A stretch of 64,000 bases of DNA from Sphingobacteriaceae bacterium (lineage in GTDB: Bacteria > Bacteroidota > Bacteroidia > UBA7662). The notes beneath the pieces are model-generated. The model was not told the origin of the DNA. It saw only the letters and a program-made list of their open reading frames with translations, and did not search any database. Location: the NCBI GenBank assembly GCA_013824115.1, contig PNNG01000005.1, positions 3,075 through 67,074 of the forward strand. The letters are read 5' to 3'. Positions 11,109 to 20,232 of this stretch are shown here, piece after piece (position 1 is the stretch's first letter; each line of letters starts with the position of its first letter). The translations under genes were made by a program, and so were the position numbers.

Positions 11109-11200
11109 TATGACTTCGAACGCGTGGTGAAGGCCAAGCTATAAGGGCCTATTGGCTCATGAATAAAGAAGCCGCTTCCGAAAGGGGGCGGCTTTGTTGT
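11109..11200 (+). repeat. Displaced, diverged second copy of the infB 3' end plus terminator hairpin
   Basis: It reads ...DFERVVKAKL* followed by gccgcttccgaaagggggcggc. The infB end reads ...[11 protein letters not shown] followed by the same hairpin at 9870-9964. Roughly 80% identity by eye, with a one-codon indel. Confidence 0.85.
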
Positions 11201-11246
11201 TTGCAGGGAGTGTATGTGATTGATGCTTATTATTCGCTGTGCCACG

Positions 11247-11254
11247 TACTTTTG
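11247..11254 (+). promoter_or_regulatory. -7 box TACTTTTG of pnuC (leaderless geometry)
   Basis: tacttttgTGCCatg: the TAnnTTTG box ends 4 nt before the pnuC ATG at 11259. Confidence 0.4.
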
Positions 11255-11258
11255 TGCC

Positions 11259-11822
11259 ATGTCAATCATCTCGCTTCTTGAAACCGTTGCCGCTATTTTT
11301 GGTGTGCTAAGCGTGGTGATGGCCCGTTTTGCACACATTGGGGTGTTTCCTACCGGTTTGGTGAGCACCCTTCTGTACATTTACATTTGCTGGGGTGCTG
11401 GTTTGTATGCCGATATGGGTATCAATGTTTGGTATAGCCTGCTAAGTGTTTATGGCTGGTGGCGCTGGTTGCAACCCAAAGCAGGCTTGGAGGAGCGTGC
11501 AGTAAGTTGGTCAAGCCCCCAACTGCGCCGAGCCAGTTTGCTTTTGACGCTGGCTGCCTGGGCAGTGCTTTACTTCGTTTTGCGAGCGTTTACCGACAGC
11601 ACGGTTCCCGTAGCCGATGCTTTTACCACCGCGGTAGCTATTGTGGGCATGTACCTCATGGCCGAAAAAAAGGTGGAGAACTGGTTGGCTTGGTTGGTGG
11701 TAGATGTGGTGTCGGTAGGCTTGTATGCATACAAAGGGCTCTATATATCGTCACTGCAGTTTGTGGTTTTTACGGCTTTGGCTTGGTGGGGATGGACAAG
11801 TTGGAAAAAGCTAGCGAAGTAG
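11259..11822 (+). CDS. pnuC: Nicotinamide riboside transporter PnuC
   Basis: Polytopic membrane ORF. The segments ...GVLSVVMARFAHIGVFPTGLVSTLLY... and ...YGWWRW... are typical of PnuC. The ORF is trimmed to the ATG at 11259. Confidence 0.8.
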   Translation: MSIISLLETVAAIFGVLSVVMARFAHIGVFPTGLVSTLLYIYICWGAGLYADMGINVWYSLLSVYGWWRWLQPKAGLEERAVSWSSPQLRRASLLLTLAAWAVLYFVLRAFTDSTVPVADAFTTAVAIVGMYLMAEKKVENWLAWLVVDVVSVGLYAYKGLYISSLQFVVFTALAWWGWTSWKKLAK

Positions 11823-11911
11823 GATCAAGCGATTTCCCGGACTCCGCTTCACCATGGACCTAAACCCACCACTCAAATCATCATTTCCGCCCCAATGCTC
11901 CACCATCTCCG

Positions 11912-11919
11912 CTATATTT
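11912..11919 (+). promoter_or_regulatory. -7 box TATATTTG upstream of the 2OG-oxygenase gene
   Basis: Exact TAnnTTTG match about 47 nt upstream of the ATG at 11966. Confidence 0.35.
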
Positions 11920-11965
11920 GCAGTTTGCTGAAAAATTAACGTATTTGAACCCTAGAAATTCACTT

Positions 11966-12919
11966 ATGTCACACGCCAATATTCCATCTATCGATCTCCA
12001 TCATTTTACCCAAGGCACCCCCGAGCAACGCGCTGCCTTTGTGAAAGATTTGGGTGAAGCCTACGAAAACGTGGGTTTTGTAGCGGTTAAAAACCACGGG
12101 TTGAGCGATGGGCTCAGCGCCGATTTGTATGCACAGGTAAAAGCCTTCTTTGCCCTGCCGCAAGAGGTGAAAGACCAATATGAAATTGCCGGCTTGGCCG
12201 GACAACGCGGCTATACGGGTTTCGGAAAAGAGCACGCCAAGGGCCGCAGTACAGGCGATTTGAAGGAGTTTTTTCAATTTGGCCAAACGGTTACCGATGG
12301 TGACCCTGTGAAAAGCGAATACCCCGACAATGTGCAGGTGAACGAGTTGCCGTATTTTAATCCCAAAGCCATAGAAGCCTACCGAACGCTGGAAGAAGCC
12401 GGTAGGCAAATGCTGAGGGCCATTGCTTTGTTTTTAGAAGTCGGTGAAAACTATTTCGACGACAAAATCCACAACGGCAATAGCATTTTGAGAGCCATCC
12501 ATTACGGGCCCATTACCCACGAACCGAAAGACGCGGTGCGTGCGGCAGAACACGAAGACATCAACCTCATTACTTTGTTGATGGGCGCATCGGCCGACGG
12601 ACTTCAGATTTTGAATAAAAACAACGAATGGGTATCGGTAACCGCCTTACCCGAGCAAGTAGTGGTAAACGTAGGCGATATGCTGCAGCGTTTGACCAAT
12701 AACCGACTCAAGTCGACTACCCACCGCGTAGTGAATCCACCCCGCGAGCAGTGGGGAAGTTCTCGTTATTCGATTCCCTTCTTCCTCCACCCCCGTTCGG
12801 CCATGCGTCTCGATTGTTTGCCGCAATGTATCACGGCCGAAAACCCCTTGCATTATGCCCCTATCAGTGCAGGCGAGTACCTCGATGAGCGCTTGCGTGA
12901 AATTGGATTGAAAAAGTAA
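11966..12919 (+). CDS. 2-oxoglutarate/Fe(II)-dependent oxygenase (isopenicillin N synthase-like family)
   Basis: The DIOX_N-like N-terminus (IPSIDLHHF...FVAVKNHG) and the HxD...H core (AEHEDINLITLL ... STTHRVVNP) fit the family. Confidence 0.8.
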   Translation: MSHANIPSIDLHHFTQGTPEQRAAFVKDLGEAYENVGFVAVKNHGLSDGLSADLYAQVKAFFALPQEVKDQYEIAGLAGQRGYTGFGKEHAKGRSTGDLKEFFQFGQTVTDGDPVKSEYPDNVQVNELPYFNPKAIEAYRTLEEAGRQMLRAIALFLEVGENYFDDKIHNGNSILRAIHYGPITHEPKDAVRAAEHEDINLITLLMGASADGLQILNKNNEWVSVTALPEQVVVNVGDMLQRLTNNRLKSTTHRVVNPPREQWGSSRYSIPFFLHPRSAMRLDCLPQCITAENPLHYAPISAGEYLDERLREIGLKK

Positions 12920-12923
12920 ATCC

Positions 12924-14108
12924 ATGACCCGCATCGAAACAGAACGCGAGCGGGTTTTTCTCCGCGATGTGATGAGTCTGTCGATTTCCGCTTTTGGCGG
13001 TCCGCAGGCACACATCGCGGTTTTTCATGATTTGTTAGTAGAACGGCGCAAATACCTCAGCGAACAAGAGCTGATAGAACTCAATGCGCTTTGCCAGTTT
13101 TTGCCCGGACCTACCAGCACCCAAACCATTACGGCGGTGGGCATGAAACTCGGTGGACCGCGTTTGGCGTGGCTCACCCTTCTTATTTGGGCACTGCCTG
13201 CCTGTTTGCTCATGACCATGATTGCTTTGCTCATCACCTATTTCGCCAAAGAAGGTTTTGAGCTCCACTTATTGCGGTTTGTGCGACCCATTGCCATTGG
13301 GTTTATCAGCGTGGCGGCCTACCGCCTCACCAAAAGCCTGGTGAAAACCCGTTTAGAATGGTTCATTTTGCTTGCTTCGATAGCGGCGGTATTGTTGCTA
13401 ACCAGTGCATTCACCTTCCCGGCGGTGTTGTTGGCTGGTGCCTTGCTTTCTAATTTCATCAACCGCCAACCATTAGAAAAGGAATCGTATAACCTTAAAA
13501 AAATCCGCTGGGGCAATCTGTATCTCTACGCTGCCATTTTGGTTGGGGCGGCCCTCATTGGAAACCTCATGCAGAACAAGCCGGTGCTGCTGTTTGAAAA
13601 TATGTATCGTTTTGGCAGCTTGGTGTTTGGGGGTGGACAAGTGCTCATTCCCATGATGTTCGACCAGTTGGTGCGGGTAAAAGGCTTCCTCACTGCCGAT
13701 CAGTTTTTGTCGGGATATGGCCTGGCCCAAGCCATCCCAGGGCCTGTTTTTTCCTTTGCCTCCTTTTTGGGTGCTATGTCGTTTCAGCAAGCAGGTTATG
13801 CCAGCATGCTCATGGGCGCGGTCATTGGGGGTGTTGGTATCTTTTTGCCCGGAACGCTGCTCATCTTCTTCATTTATCCAGCTTGGGAAGAAATGAAAAA
13901 AATACGCGGGGTGAAGCGGGCATTGTCGGGCGTGAATGCCGCGGCATGCGGATTGGTAATTGCAGCTGCTATTTTGTTGACCAAGCCTATTGGTTTCGAT
14001 GCAGTGAATTTGGGCATTGTGGGCTTGACGTTTGTCGCCTTGAATAATTTTCGCATTCCACCCATTCTTTTGGTGACTTTGGGCATTATTGCAGGGGTAA
14101 TAGTATGA
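12924..14108 (+). CDS. chrA: Chromate transporter (CHR family)
   Basis: 394-aa polytopic ORF with two CHR halves. The motif FGGPQAHIAV...LPGPTSTQ recurs as FGGGQVLIPM...AQAIPGPVFSFA. Confidence 0.85.
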   Translation: MTRIETERERVFLRDVMSLSISAFGGPQAHIAVFHDLLVERRKYLSEQELIELNALCQFLPGPTSTQTITAVGMKLGGPRLAWLTLLIWALPACLLMTMIALLITYFAKEGFELHLLRFVRPIAIGFISVAAYRLTKSLVKTRLEWFILLASIAAVLLLTSAFTFPAVLLAGALLSNFINRQPLEKESYNLKKIRWGNLYLYAAILVGAALIGNLMQNKPVLLFENMYRFGSLVFGGGQVLIPMMFDQLVRVKGFLTADQFLSGYGLAQAIPGPVFSFASFLGAMSFQQAGYASMLMGAVIGGVGIFLPGTLLIFFIYPAWEEMKKIRGVKRALSGVNAAACGLVIAAAILLTKPIGFDAVNLGIVGLTFVALNNFRIPPILLVTLGIIAGVIV

Positions 14109-14188
14109 TGCTGTTTCAGGGCGAACGGTGCTCTGACGGCAGCTGCATATTTACGTAATAACTGTACATTTGAATACATTCTATCGCC

Positions 14189-14719
14189 ATGCAAACCAAC
14201 CGTATTTTTGCCCTGGTAGTCATTGTATTGGGCAGCATTTTGTTGCTCAACAATCTTTTCGACTTTGATGTAAACGCATTTAAACTCGTATTTGCGCTAT
14301 CGCTGGTGGTGGCAGGTGTGCTACTGCTCAGTGGAAGGGCACGTTTCGATGGCTTTGGCGAGGTGCAACAAAGTGCCAATGTGCTTTTTGGCAAAGGGCG
14401 TTCGGTGGCCAATCCAGCCCTGAGCAAACAACGATTTTCTACCGTTTTTGGTGAGCAAGAGGTGAGTTTGGAGCACATGGCCGAAGGAGGTCGGCAAGTT
14501 TTGGTAGATACGGTATTCGGACAAACCCATGTGGCTATCCCCCGCGACCTTCCGGTGGTTGTACAGACACAAGCTTATTTTGGCGAAATAATAACGCCCG
14601 ACGGCAAGGAGACCAATTTTGGAGAAGGCCGGTTTGAGTCGCTGCAGGGCCTGTCGGAACCTGCTGTTACCCTGCATTTGCACGTGGTTTTTGGCAGCAT
14701 TAAAGTACAATGGCTCTAA
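14189..14719 (+). CDS. LiaF-like membrane protein (hypothetical)
   Basis: Two N-terminal TM helices followed by a beta-rich C-terminal domain resembling the LiaF/YvqF C-terminus. Assignment from memory only. Confidence 0.45.
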   Translation: MQTNRIFALVVIVLGSILLLNNLFDFDVNAFKLVFALSLVVAGVLLLSGRARFDGFGEVQQSANVLFGKGRSVANPALSKQRFSTVFGEQEVSLEHMAEGGRQVLVDTVFGQTHVAIPRDLPVVVQTQAYFGEIITPDGKETNFGEGRFESLQGLSEPAVTLHLHVVFGSIKVQWL

Positions 14720-15153
14720 ATCCTACCTTCAAAAGCATTCATCACGGCTCGGTGGAGTATGCGCTTTGCATCGCCCTGCGCGATCGCATTTTGCGTCACC
14801 CCTTGGGGCTTTATTTTACCACGGAGCAACTCGAGGCCGAAACCGACGAATTTCACCTGACGGCTTGGGACGACAACCAACTGCTGGCCTGTTTGATACT
14901 GAAGCCTGTAGATGTTTTTACGGTAAAAATGCGACAAGTGGCGGTTCACGAAAACCTACAAGGCCAAGGCATTGGAAAAAAACTGGTGGCCTTTGCCGAA
15001 ACCTTTGCGCGCGAGCACTTGTTCAAAAACATGGTGCTGCACGCCCGCGAAAGTGCCATTCCGTTCTACCTGGCCCAAGGTTATGAGCTGTTTGGCGAGC
15101 CTTTCACCGAAGTAAGCATTCCGCACCGGTCGATGCGGAAAAAACTCGACTGA
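14710..15153 (+). CDS. GNAT-family N-acetyltransferase
   Basis: 147-aa ORF with the acetyl-CoA loop VAVHENLQGQGIGKKLV. It overlaps the upstream gene by 10 nt. Confidence 0.8.
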   Translation: MALNPTFKSIHHGSVEYALCIALRDRILRHPLGLYFTTEQLEAETDEFHLTAWDDNQLLACLILKPVDVFTVKMRQVAVHENLQGQGIGKKLVAFAETFAREHLFKNMVLHARESAIPFYLAQGYELFGEPFTEVSIPHRSMRKKLD

Positions 15154-15162
15154 ACCCATTCC

Positions 15163-17196
15163 ATGTTTCAACTCGTATCAGAATACATCCCTACGGGCGA
15201 CCAGCCCGAAGCCATCCGCCAGTTGGTAGAAGGCATCAACAATGGTGAACCGGCACAAGTACTGCTAGGGGTTACCGGTTCGGGCAAGACCTTTACCATG
15301 GCCAATGTGGTGGCCCAAGTACAGCGCCCTACCCTGGTGCTCACCCACAACAAAACCTTGGTGGCCCAATTGTATGGCGAGTTCAAGCAGTTTTTTCCGA
15401 ACAATGCGGTAGAATATTTTGTGAGCTATTACGACTACTACCAACCCGAAGCCTTTATTCCCACCACCAATACCTACATCGAAAAAGACCTGGCCATCAA
15501 CGAAGAAATTGAGAAGCTGCGCTTGCGTACCACTTCCTCGCTCATGAGTGGGCGACGTGATGTGCTGGTGGTAGCCTCTGTGAGCTGCATCTACGGCATG
15601 GGCAACCCGCGCGATTATACCGAAAAAGTCATCCGCCTGTCGGTAGGCAACAAGGTGCCGCGCAGTTCGCTGCTTTATGCCTTGGTCGACAACCTGTACA
15701 GCCGCAGCACCGCCGAATTCAAACGCGGCACCTTTAGGGTAAAGGGCGATACGGTAGACATTTTTTTGGCTTATGCCGATTTTGCCTGCCGCATCGAGTT
15801 TTTTGGCGACGAAATCGATCATATGTCGGCCATCGACCCGGTGAGCGGTGCAACCATCGACAAGCTGAACGATATCGCCATTTTTCCGGCCAACAACTAC
15901 GTCACCCCGCGCGACCGACTAACCGATACGCTTTTCACCATACAAGACGATATGGTGAAACAGGTGGAATACTTCAAGAGTCAGGGACGCTTTTTGGAGG
16001 CCAAGCGCCTCGAAGAAAGGGTGACTTTTGATTTGGAGATGATACGCGAGCTGGGTTATTGCTCAGGTATTGAGAATTATTCGCGCTACCTCGACCAGCG
16101 AAATCCGGGTGAAAGGCCCTTCTGTCTGCTCGATTATTTTCCGCAAGATTATCTGCTCATCCTCGACGAAAGCCACCAAACCATGCCCCAGCTGCGGGCC
16201 ATGTACGGGGGCGACCGCAGCCGCAAGGTGAACCTGGTAGAGCACGGCTTCCGCTTGCCCGCCGCCCTCGACAACCGGCCGCTGAAATTCGACGAGTTCG
16301 AAGGCCTTATGCACCAGGTGGTGTATGTGAGTGCCACGCCTGGCGATTATGAATTGATGAAAAGCGAAGGGGTAGTGGTAGAACAGCTGATTCGTCCAAC
16401 CGGTCTGCTCGACCCCCCCATAGAAGTACGTCCGGTTGCTACCCAGGTGGACGACCTACTCAACGAAACCCAAAAGCGCATCGAAAGCGGCGACCGTGTG
16501 CTGGTGACTACCCTTACCAAACGCATGGCTGAAGAACTTGCCAAATACATGGCCAATTTGGGCATCAAGTGCCGTTACATCCACAGTGAGGTGGATACGC
16601 TCGATCGCGTGGAGATTTTACGAGACCTTCGCCTCGGCAAGTTCGACGTGCTTATTGGTGTAAACCTATTGCGCGAAGGCCTCGATCTACCCGAGGTATC
16701 GCTGGTGGCGGTGCTCGATGCCGACAAAGAGGGTTTCCTGCGCAGCGATCGTTCGTTGACCCAAACGGCTGGTCGCGCAGCCCGTAATGTGAATGGCAAG
16801 GTGATTTTTTACGCCGATAAAATCACTGCCTCCATGCGCATGACCATGGATGAAACGGCTCGCAGGCGTGAAAAGCAGCTGGCCTACAACGAAGCCCATG
16901 GTATCACTCCGCGCGGCATCATCAAAACCAAGGAAGAAATCATGGGTCAAACGGCCGTGCTCGATATACGTGGCAAAAAAGACAGCAAGCCAAAATATTA
17001 CGTAGAGCCTGAGGATGTAAGCATGGTAGCCGACCCGGTGGTGGAATATTTGTCGGCCGACAAATTGCAAAAGCTCATTCAAGAGACCAAAAAGAAAATG
17101 GAGAAATCGGCCCGCGAGCTCGACTTCATGGAAGCTGCCCGCCTGCGCGACGAGATGTTCTTGTACGAAGAGCGGTTGAAAGACCTGAATCCGTAA
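15163..17196 (+). CDS. uvrB: Excinuclease ABC subunit B
   Basis: 677-aa ORF with Walker A GVTGSGKTFT, DESH helicase motifs and the C-terminal UVR motif (EAARLRDE). Confidence 0.95.
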   Translation: MFQLVSEYIPTGDQPEAIRQLVEGINNGEPAQVLLGVTGSGKTFTMANVVAQVQRPTLVLTHNKTLVAQLYGEFKQFFPNNAVEYFVSYYDYYQPEAFIPTTNTYIEKDLAINEEIEKLRLRTTSSLMSGRRDVLVVASVSCIYGMGNPRDYTEKVIRLSVGNKVPRSSLLYALVDNLYSRSTAEFKRGTFRVKGDTVDIFLAYADFACRIEFFGDEIDHMSAIDPVSGATIDKLNDIAIFPANNYVTPRDRLTDTLFTIQDDMVKQVEYFKSQGRFLEAKRLEERVTFDLEMIRELGYCSGIENYSRYLDQRNPGERPFCLLDYFPQDYLLILDESHQTMPQLRAMYGGDRSRKVNLVEHGFRLPAALDNRPLKFDEFEGLMHQVVYVSATPGDYELMKSEGVVVEQLIRPTGLLDPPIEVRPVATQVDDLLNETQKRIESGDRVLVTTLTKRMAEELAKYMANLGIKCRYIHSEVDTLDRVEILRDLRLGKFDVLIGVNLLREGLDLPEVSLVAVLDADKEGFLRSDRSLTQTAGRAARNVNGKVIFYADKITASMRMTMDETARRREKQLAYNEAHGITPRGIIKTKEEIMGQTAVLDIRGKKDSKPKYYVEPEDVSMVADPVVEYLSADKLQKLIQETKKKMEKSARELDFMEAARLRDEMFLYEERLKDLNP

Positions 17197-17203
17197 CATT
17201 TGT

Positions 17204-17722
17204 AATTTGAGATTCGGGATTTGGTATTCAGGGGGTTATGGGGTAAACAACACGTTCGTTTTCAACATATCCTAGTCGCGTCGTCGCGGTTCCCTTGGCC
17301 GCAGGCCATTCTATTTGAAATTTGCAATTGGGTGATCATTGGCCGCACGACAATCATGGGTTCACTATAATGAAAGCCCGAGCGGGGCGACCTCTGGGTA
17401 GCTCCCAGCGGGGCGATATGATTATAGCTAAATCAAAGAAAGAAACACCCCCAGCCCTGTAGGGGCAACATAGTTAATCGAGGATTATTGGGTGGAGAAT
17501 GCACATGGGTCTACAAAAATGAAAGCCCCGGAGGGGTGGCATCTGGGTAGAAATAACGTACGATAAATAATCCAAAGCCCTGTAGGGGCGACATATGGGT
17601 CTGGGAATCATTTATTGAACGAAAATCACGGGTTGACCCAATTTTTCGTCGCTCCCGTCGAGTCGTCTGGGTTCGCTCGCCACCGGATGGCAATTGCAAA
17701 TTGAAATCTCAAATCTCAAATT
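17204..17722. repeat. MITE-like composite repeat filling the uvrB / murF-alr convergent gap
   Basis: Terminal inverted repeats match 17/19: aatttgagattcgggattt (17204-17222) against the reverse complement of 17704-17722 (aatttgagatttgagattt). A second inner inverted pair lies around gcaattgc (17313-17332 and 17689-17707). No ORF of credible composition. Confidence 0.6.
17373..17601. repeat. Five short GC-hairpin repeat units (consensus about aAGCCCnnnnGGGGCGACATaTGGGT)
   Basis: Units lie at about 17373-17400, 17402-17426, 17448-17478, 17522-17549 and 17572-17601. Each has a 4-5 bp CCCC/GGGG stem with a 3-4 nt loop, then cgaCAT..TGGGT. A related copy sits at about 2207-2230. Confidence 0.7.
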
Positions 17723-17724
17723 CC

Positions 17725-20232
17725 TCAATCCTTCAAATACACCCTTTTCACCCGTTGCGAAACGTTGGTGAGTATTTCGTAAGGAATGGTACCAATGGCT
17801 TCGGCTAGCTTGTTGATGGGCTGTTCTTTTCCAAATACAATCACCGGGTCGCCCTCGCGGCAATCGATGCCGGTGACGTCGATCATGCACATGTCCATAC
17901 AAATGCTGCCGATGGTAGGTGCCAATTTGCCATTGACCCAAAATTGAGCAGCCCCATTGCCAAAGGCACGTACCAGGCCGTCGGCATAACCAATGGGCAG
18001 GGTAGCGATTTTGGCCGCCGCCTGTGTTTTACCGCGGCGACTGTAACCCACCGTTTCGCCGGCTTCGAGTTGGTGGATTTGAGAGATAACCGTTTTGAGG
18101 GTGCTTACGGGCTGTAGCAGGGTTTGTTGCTGGCTTTTGGCCGGACTATTTGCCTGGCTCGACGGATCGCTGCCGTACAATCCAATGCCCAGGCGCACCA
18201 TATCGAACTGGGCCTGGGGATAATGTAAAATACCTGCGGTATTCAAAACATGCTGAAGTGGTCGGTAGCCCAAACCCGCTGCCAATTGTTGGTAAGCCCC
18301 ATCAAAGCGGTTGATTTGCTGCAGGGTAAAGGCCTGGTGTTCGGGCGCATCGGAGGCCACCAGGTGCGAGTAAACCGAAGCTACCCGAATGCGGGGACTG
18401 GCCTGCAAGCGGCGCAAAAGGGCCGGTACTTCGCTGGTTTCGAAGCCCAGGCGCTTCATGCCCGTATCGATGTTGAGGTGGATGTTTAACGGCTCCTCTC
18501 CGCCCGTGGCTTTGAGGTAGGTTTCAAGTTCTTCGAGCAGGCGAAAGCTGTAAACCTCTGGCTCCAATTGGTATTGCAGCAATTTTTCGAGTCCGCTGGG
18601 CTCAACATTCATCACCATAATGGGCAAGCGTATGCCTGCTTCGCGCAGCACCACCCCTTCGTCGGCAAAGGCCACAGCCAAATAATCGGCCCGTTGGTGC
18701 TGGAGCAAGCTGGCCACTTCGATGCTTCCGCTGCCATACGAAAAAGCTTTTACCATGACCATGATTTTGGTTTGCGGTCGCACCAAACCACGGAAAAAGC
18801 GATAGTTGTGTAAAAGGGCATCCAAATCGACCTCCAATACGGTTTGGTGCAGCTTGAGGGCCAGCAGTCGCTCTATGCGCTCGAAGCTGAATTTGCGAGC
18901 ACCTTTCAACAAAATGGCAGTATTCACCAATTCTTTCACCGGCAAATCGGCCAGCAATTGTTCGGTATTTTCGTAAAAACGGGCGCTTCCTGTTTTGAAC
19001 AGGCGCTGAAACTGCTTCATTTCGGGTCCTACTGCCAACAGCTGGTCAACCCCATATTCCTGCAACAGCTGGGCGGCTTCGCGGTAATGTGCTTCGCGTG
19101 GACCTTGTTGGCGGTCGAAATCCGATAAAATCACCAAGCGCCTGGGGTGCTGGGTGAGGCTGCTGAGTTGCTGTAAGGCCAGGCGAAGCGAATCGAGGTC
19201 GAGGCTGTAACTGTCGTTAATGAGGGTGCTGCCTTGCAAAGCGGCCTTCATTTCCATGCGCATTTGCAGGCGGGGCAAGCGCGCAAAACGCGGCACAAGC
19301 ACTTCCGCTGCATAGCCAAAGTCCCTCAAAAAGACCCAGCAATGGACGGCATTTTCGAGGCTGGCGGCATCGGTAAAGGGAATACTGAAACTTTCTTGCG
19401 TGCCATTACGGGCTTGCAGCTGGATGTACAGGCCTTCGTGCTGTTCTTGCGTCGCTATGAGTTGCCAAGCGGCACCTTCGCTACTGCTCCAATCGAGCAG
19501 CACCTTGTTGGGGTGGCTTTTTTGCCAGGCTTTGGCCGCTTGTTGCAGCAAAGGATGGTCGGTACGGAGCACCAGGCTTTCAACCGACTCAAAGAGCTGC
19601 ATTTTTTCGGCCACCTTTAAAGCCGGTTCGCTGAAATTTTCGGAATGGGCGTCGCCTAAGTGGGTAAAAATGCCGTGGGTGGGCGCAATGACGCGCATCA
19701 AAGCCGCCATTTCGCCGGGCTGACTGATGCCCGCTTCAAAAATGGCCACCTCATCACTGTCGTCGAGCTGCCAAACCGAAATGGGCACGCCTATTTGTGA
19801 ATTGTAACTTTTGGGGGAGCGGCACACCTGTTTATTGGCCTCGAGCAACCAGCTCAGCCAATCTTTCACCACGGTTTTGCCATTGCTGCCGGTGATGCCC
19901 ACCACAGGAATAGAAAACTGCTTTCGGTGCCAAGCCGCTGCCGCTTGTAACGCTTTGATGGGGGCATCTACGGCAATAAAACTGCCTTCGTACCAGCGCT
20001 TATCGGGAAAAAAATTATTACCTACCACAAAGGTGCGCACGCCGGCGCGGTAAGCGGCATCAATGTAATCGGCCCCATCGGCCCCGGCCGTTTTAAGCGC
20101 AAAAAAGGCCGTTCGCTCGGGCATGGCCAATCGGCGCGTATCGTAAGCCAGCTCGCTGATGTCGTTGCTCAAGCCCTCGCGCAGCAATTTGCCACCCACT
20201 ATTTTAACCAGTTGAGAGAGCTTAATGGGCAT
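17725..20232 (-). CDS. Bifunctional MurF (UDP-MurNAc-tripeptide--D-Ala-D-Ala ligase) / alanine racemase fusion
   Basis: 835-aa ORF. The N-terminal half has the Mur ligase P-loop (VVGITGSNGKTVVKD). The C-terminal half has the alanine racemase PLP site (VMVKAFSYGSG) and the GYADG motif. Confidence 0.9.
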   Translation of the reverse strand: MPIKLSQLVKIVGGKLLREGLSNDISELAYDTRRLAMPERTAFFALKTAGADGADYIDAAYRAGVRTFVVGNNFFPDKRWYEGSFIAVDAPIKALQAAAAWHRKQFSIPVVGITGSNGKTVVKDWLSWLLEANKQVCRSPKSYNSQIGVPISVWQLDDSDEVAIFEAGISQPGEMAALMRVIAPTHGIFTHLGDAHSENFSEPALKVAEKMQLFESVESLVLRTDHPLLQQAAKAWQKSHPNKVLLDWSSSEGAAWQLIATQEQHEGLYIQLQARNGTQESFSIPFTDAASLENAVHCWVFLRDFGYAAEVLVPRFARLPRLQMRMEMKAALQGSTLINDSYSLDLDSLRLALQQLSSLTQHPRRLVILSDFDRQQGPREAHYREAAQLLQEYGVDQLLAVGPEMKQFQRLFKTGSARFYENTEQLLADLPVKELVNTAILLKGARKFSFERIERLLALKLHQTVLEVDLDALLHNYRFFRGLVRPQTKIMVMVKAFSYGSGSIEVASLLQHQRADYLAVAFADEGVVLREAGIRLPIMVMNVEPSGLEKLLQYQLEPEVYSFRLLEELETYLKATGGEEPLNIHLNIDTGMKRLGFETSEVPALLRRLQASPRIRVASVYSHLVASDAPEHQAFTLQQINRFDGAYQQLAAGLGYRPLQHVLNTAGILHYPQAQFDMVRLGIGLYGSDPSSQANSPAKSQQQTLLQPVSTLKTVISQIHQLEAGETVGYSRRGKTQAAAKIATLPIGYADGLVRAFGNGAAQFWVNGKLAPTIGSICMDMCMIDVTGIDCREGDPVIVFGKEQPINKLAEAIGTIPYEILTNVSQRVKRVYLKD

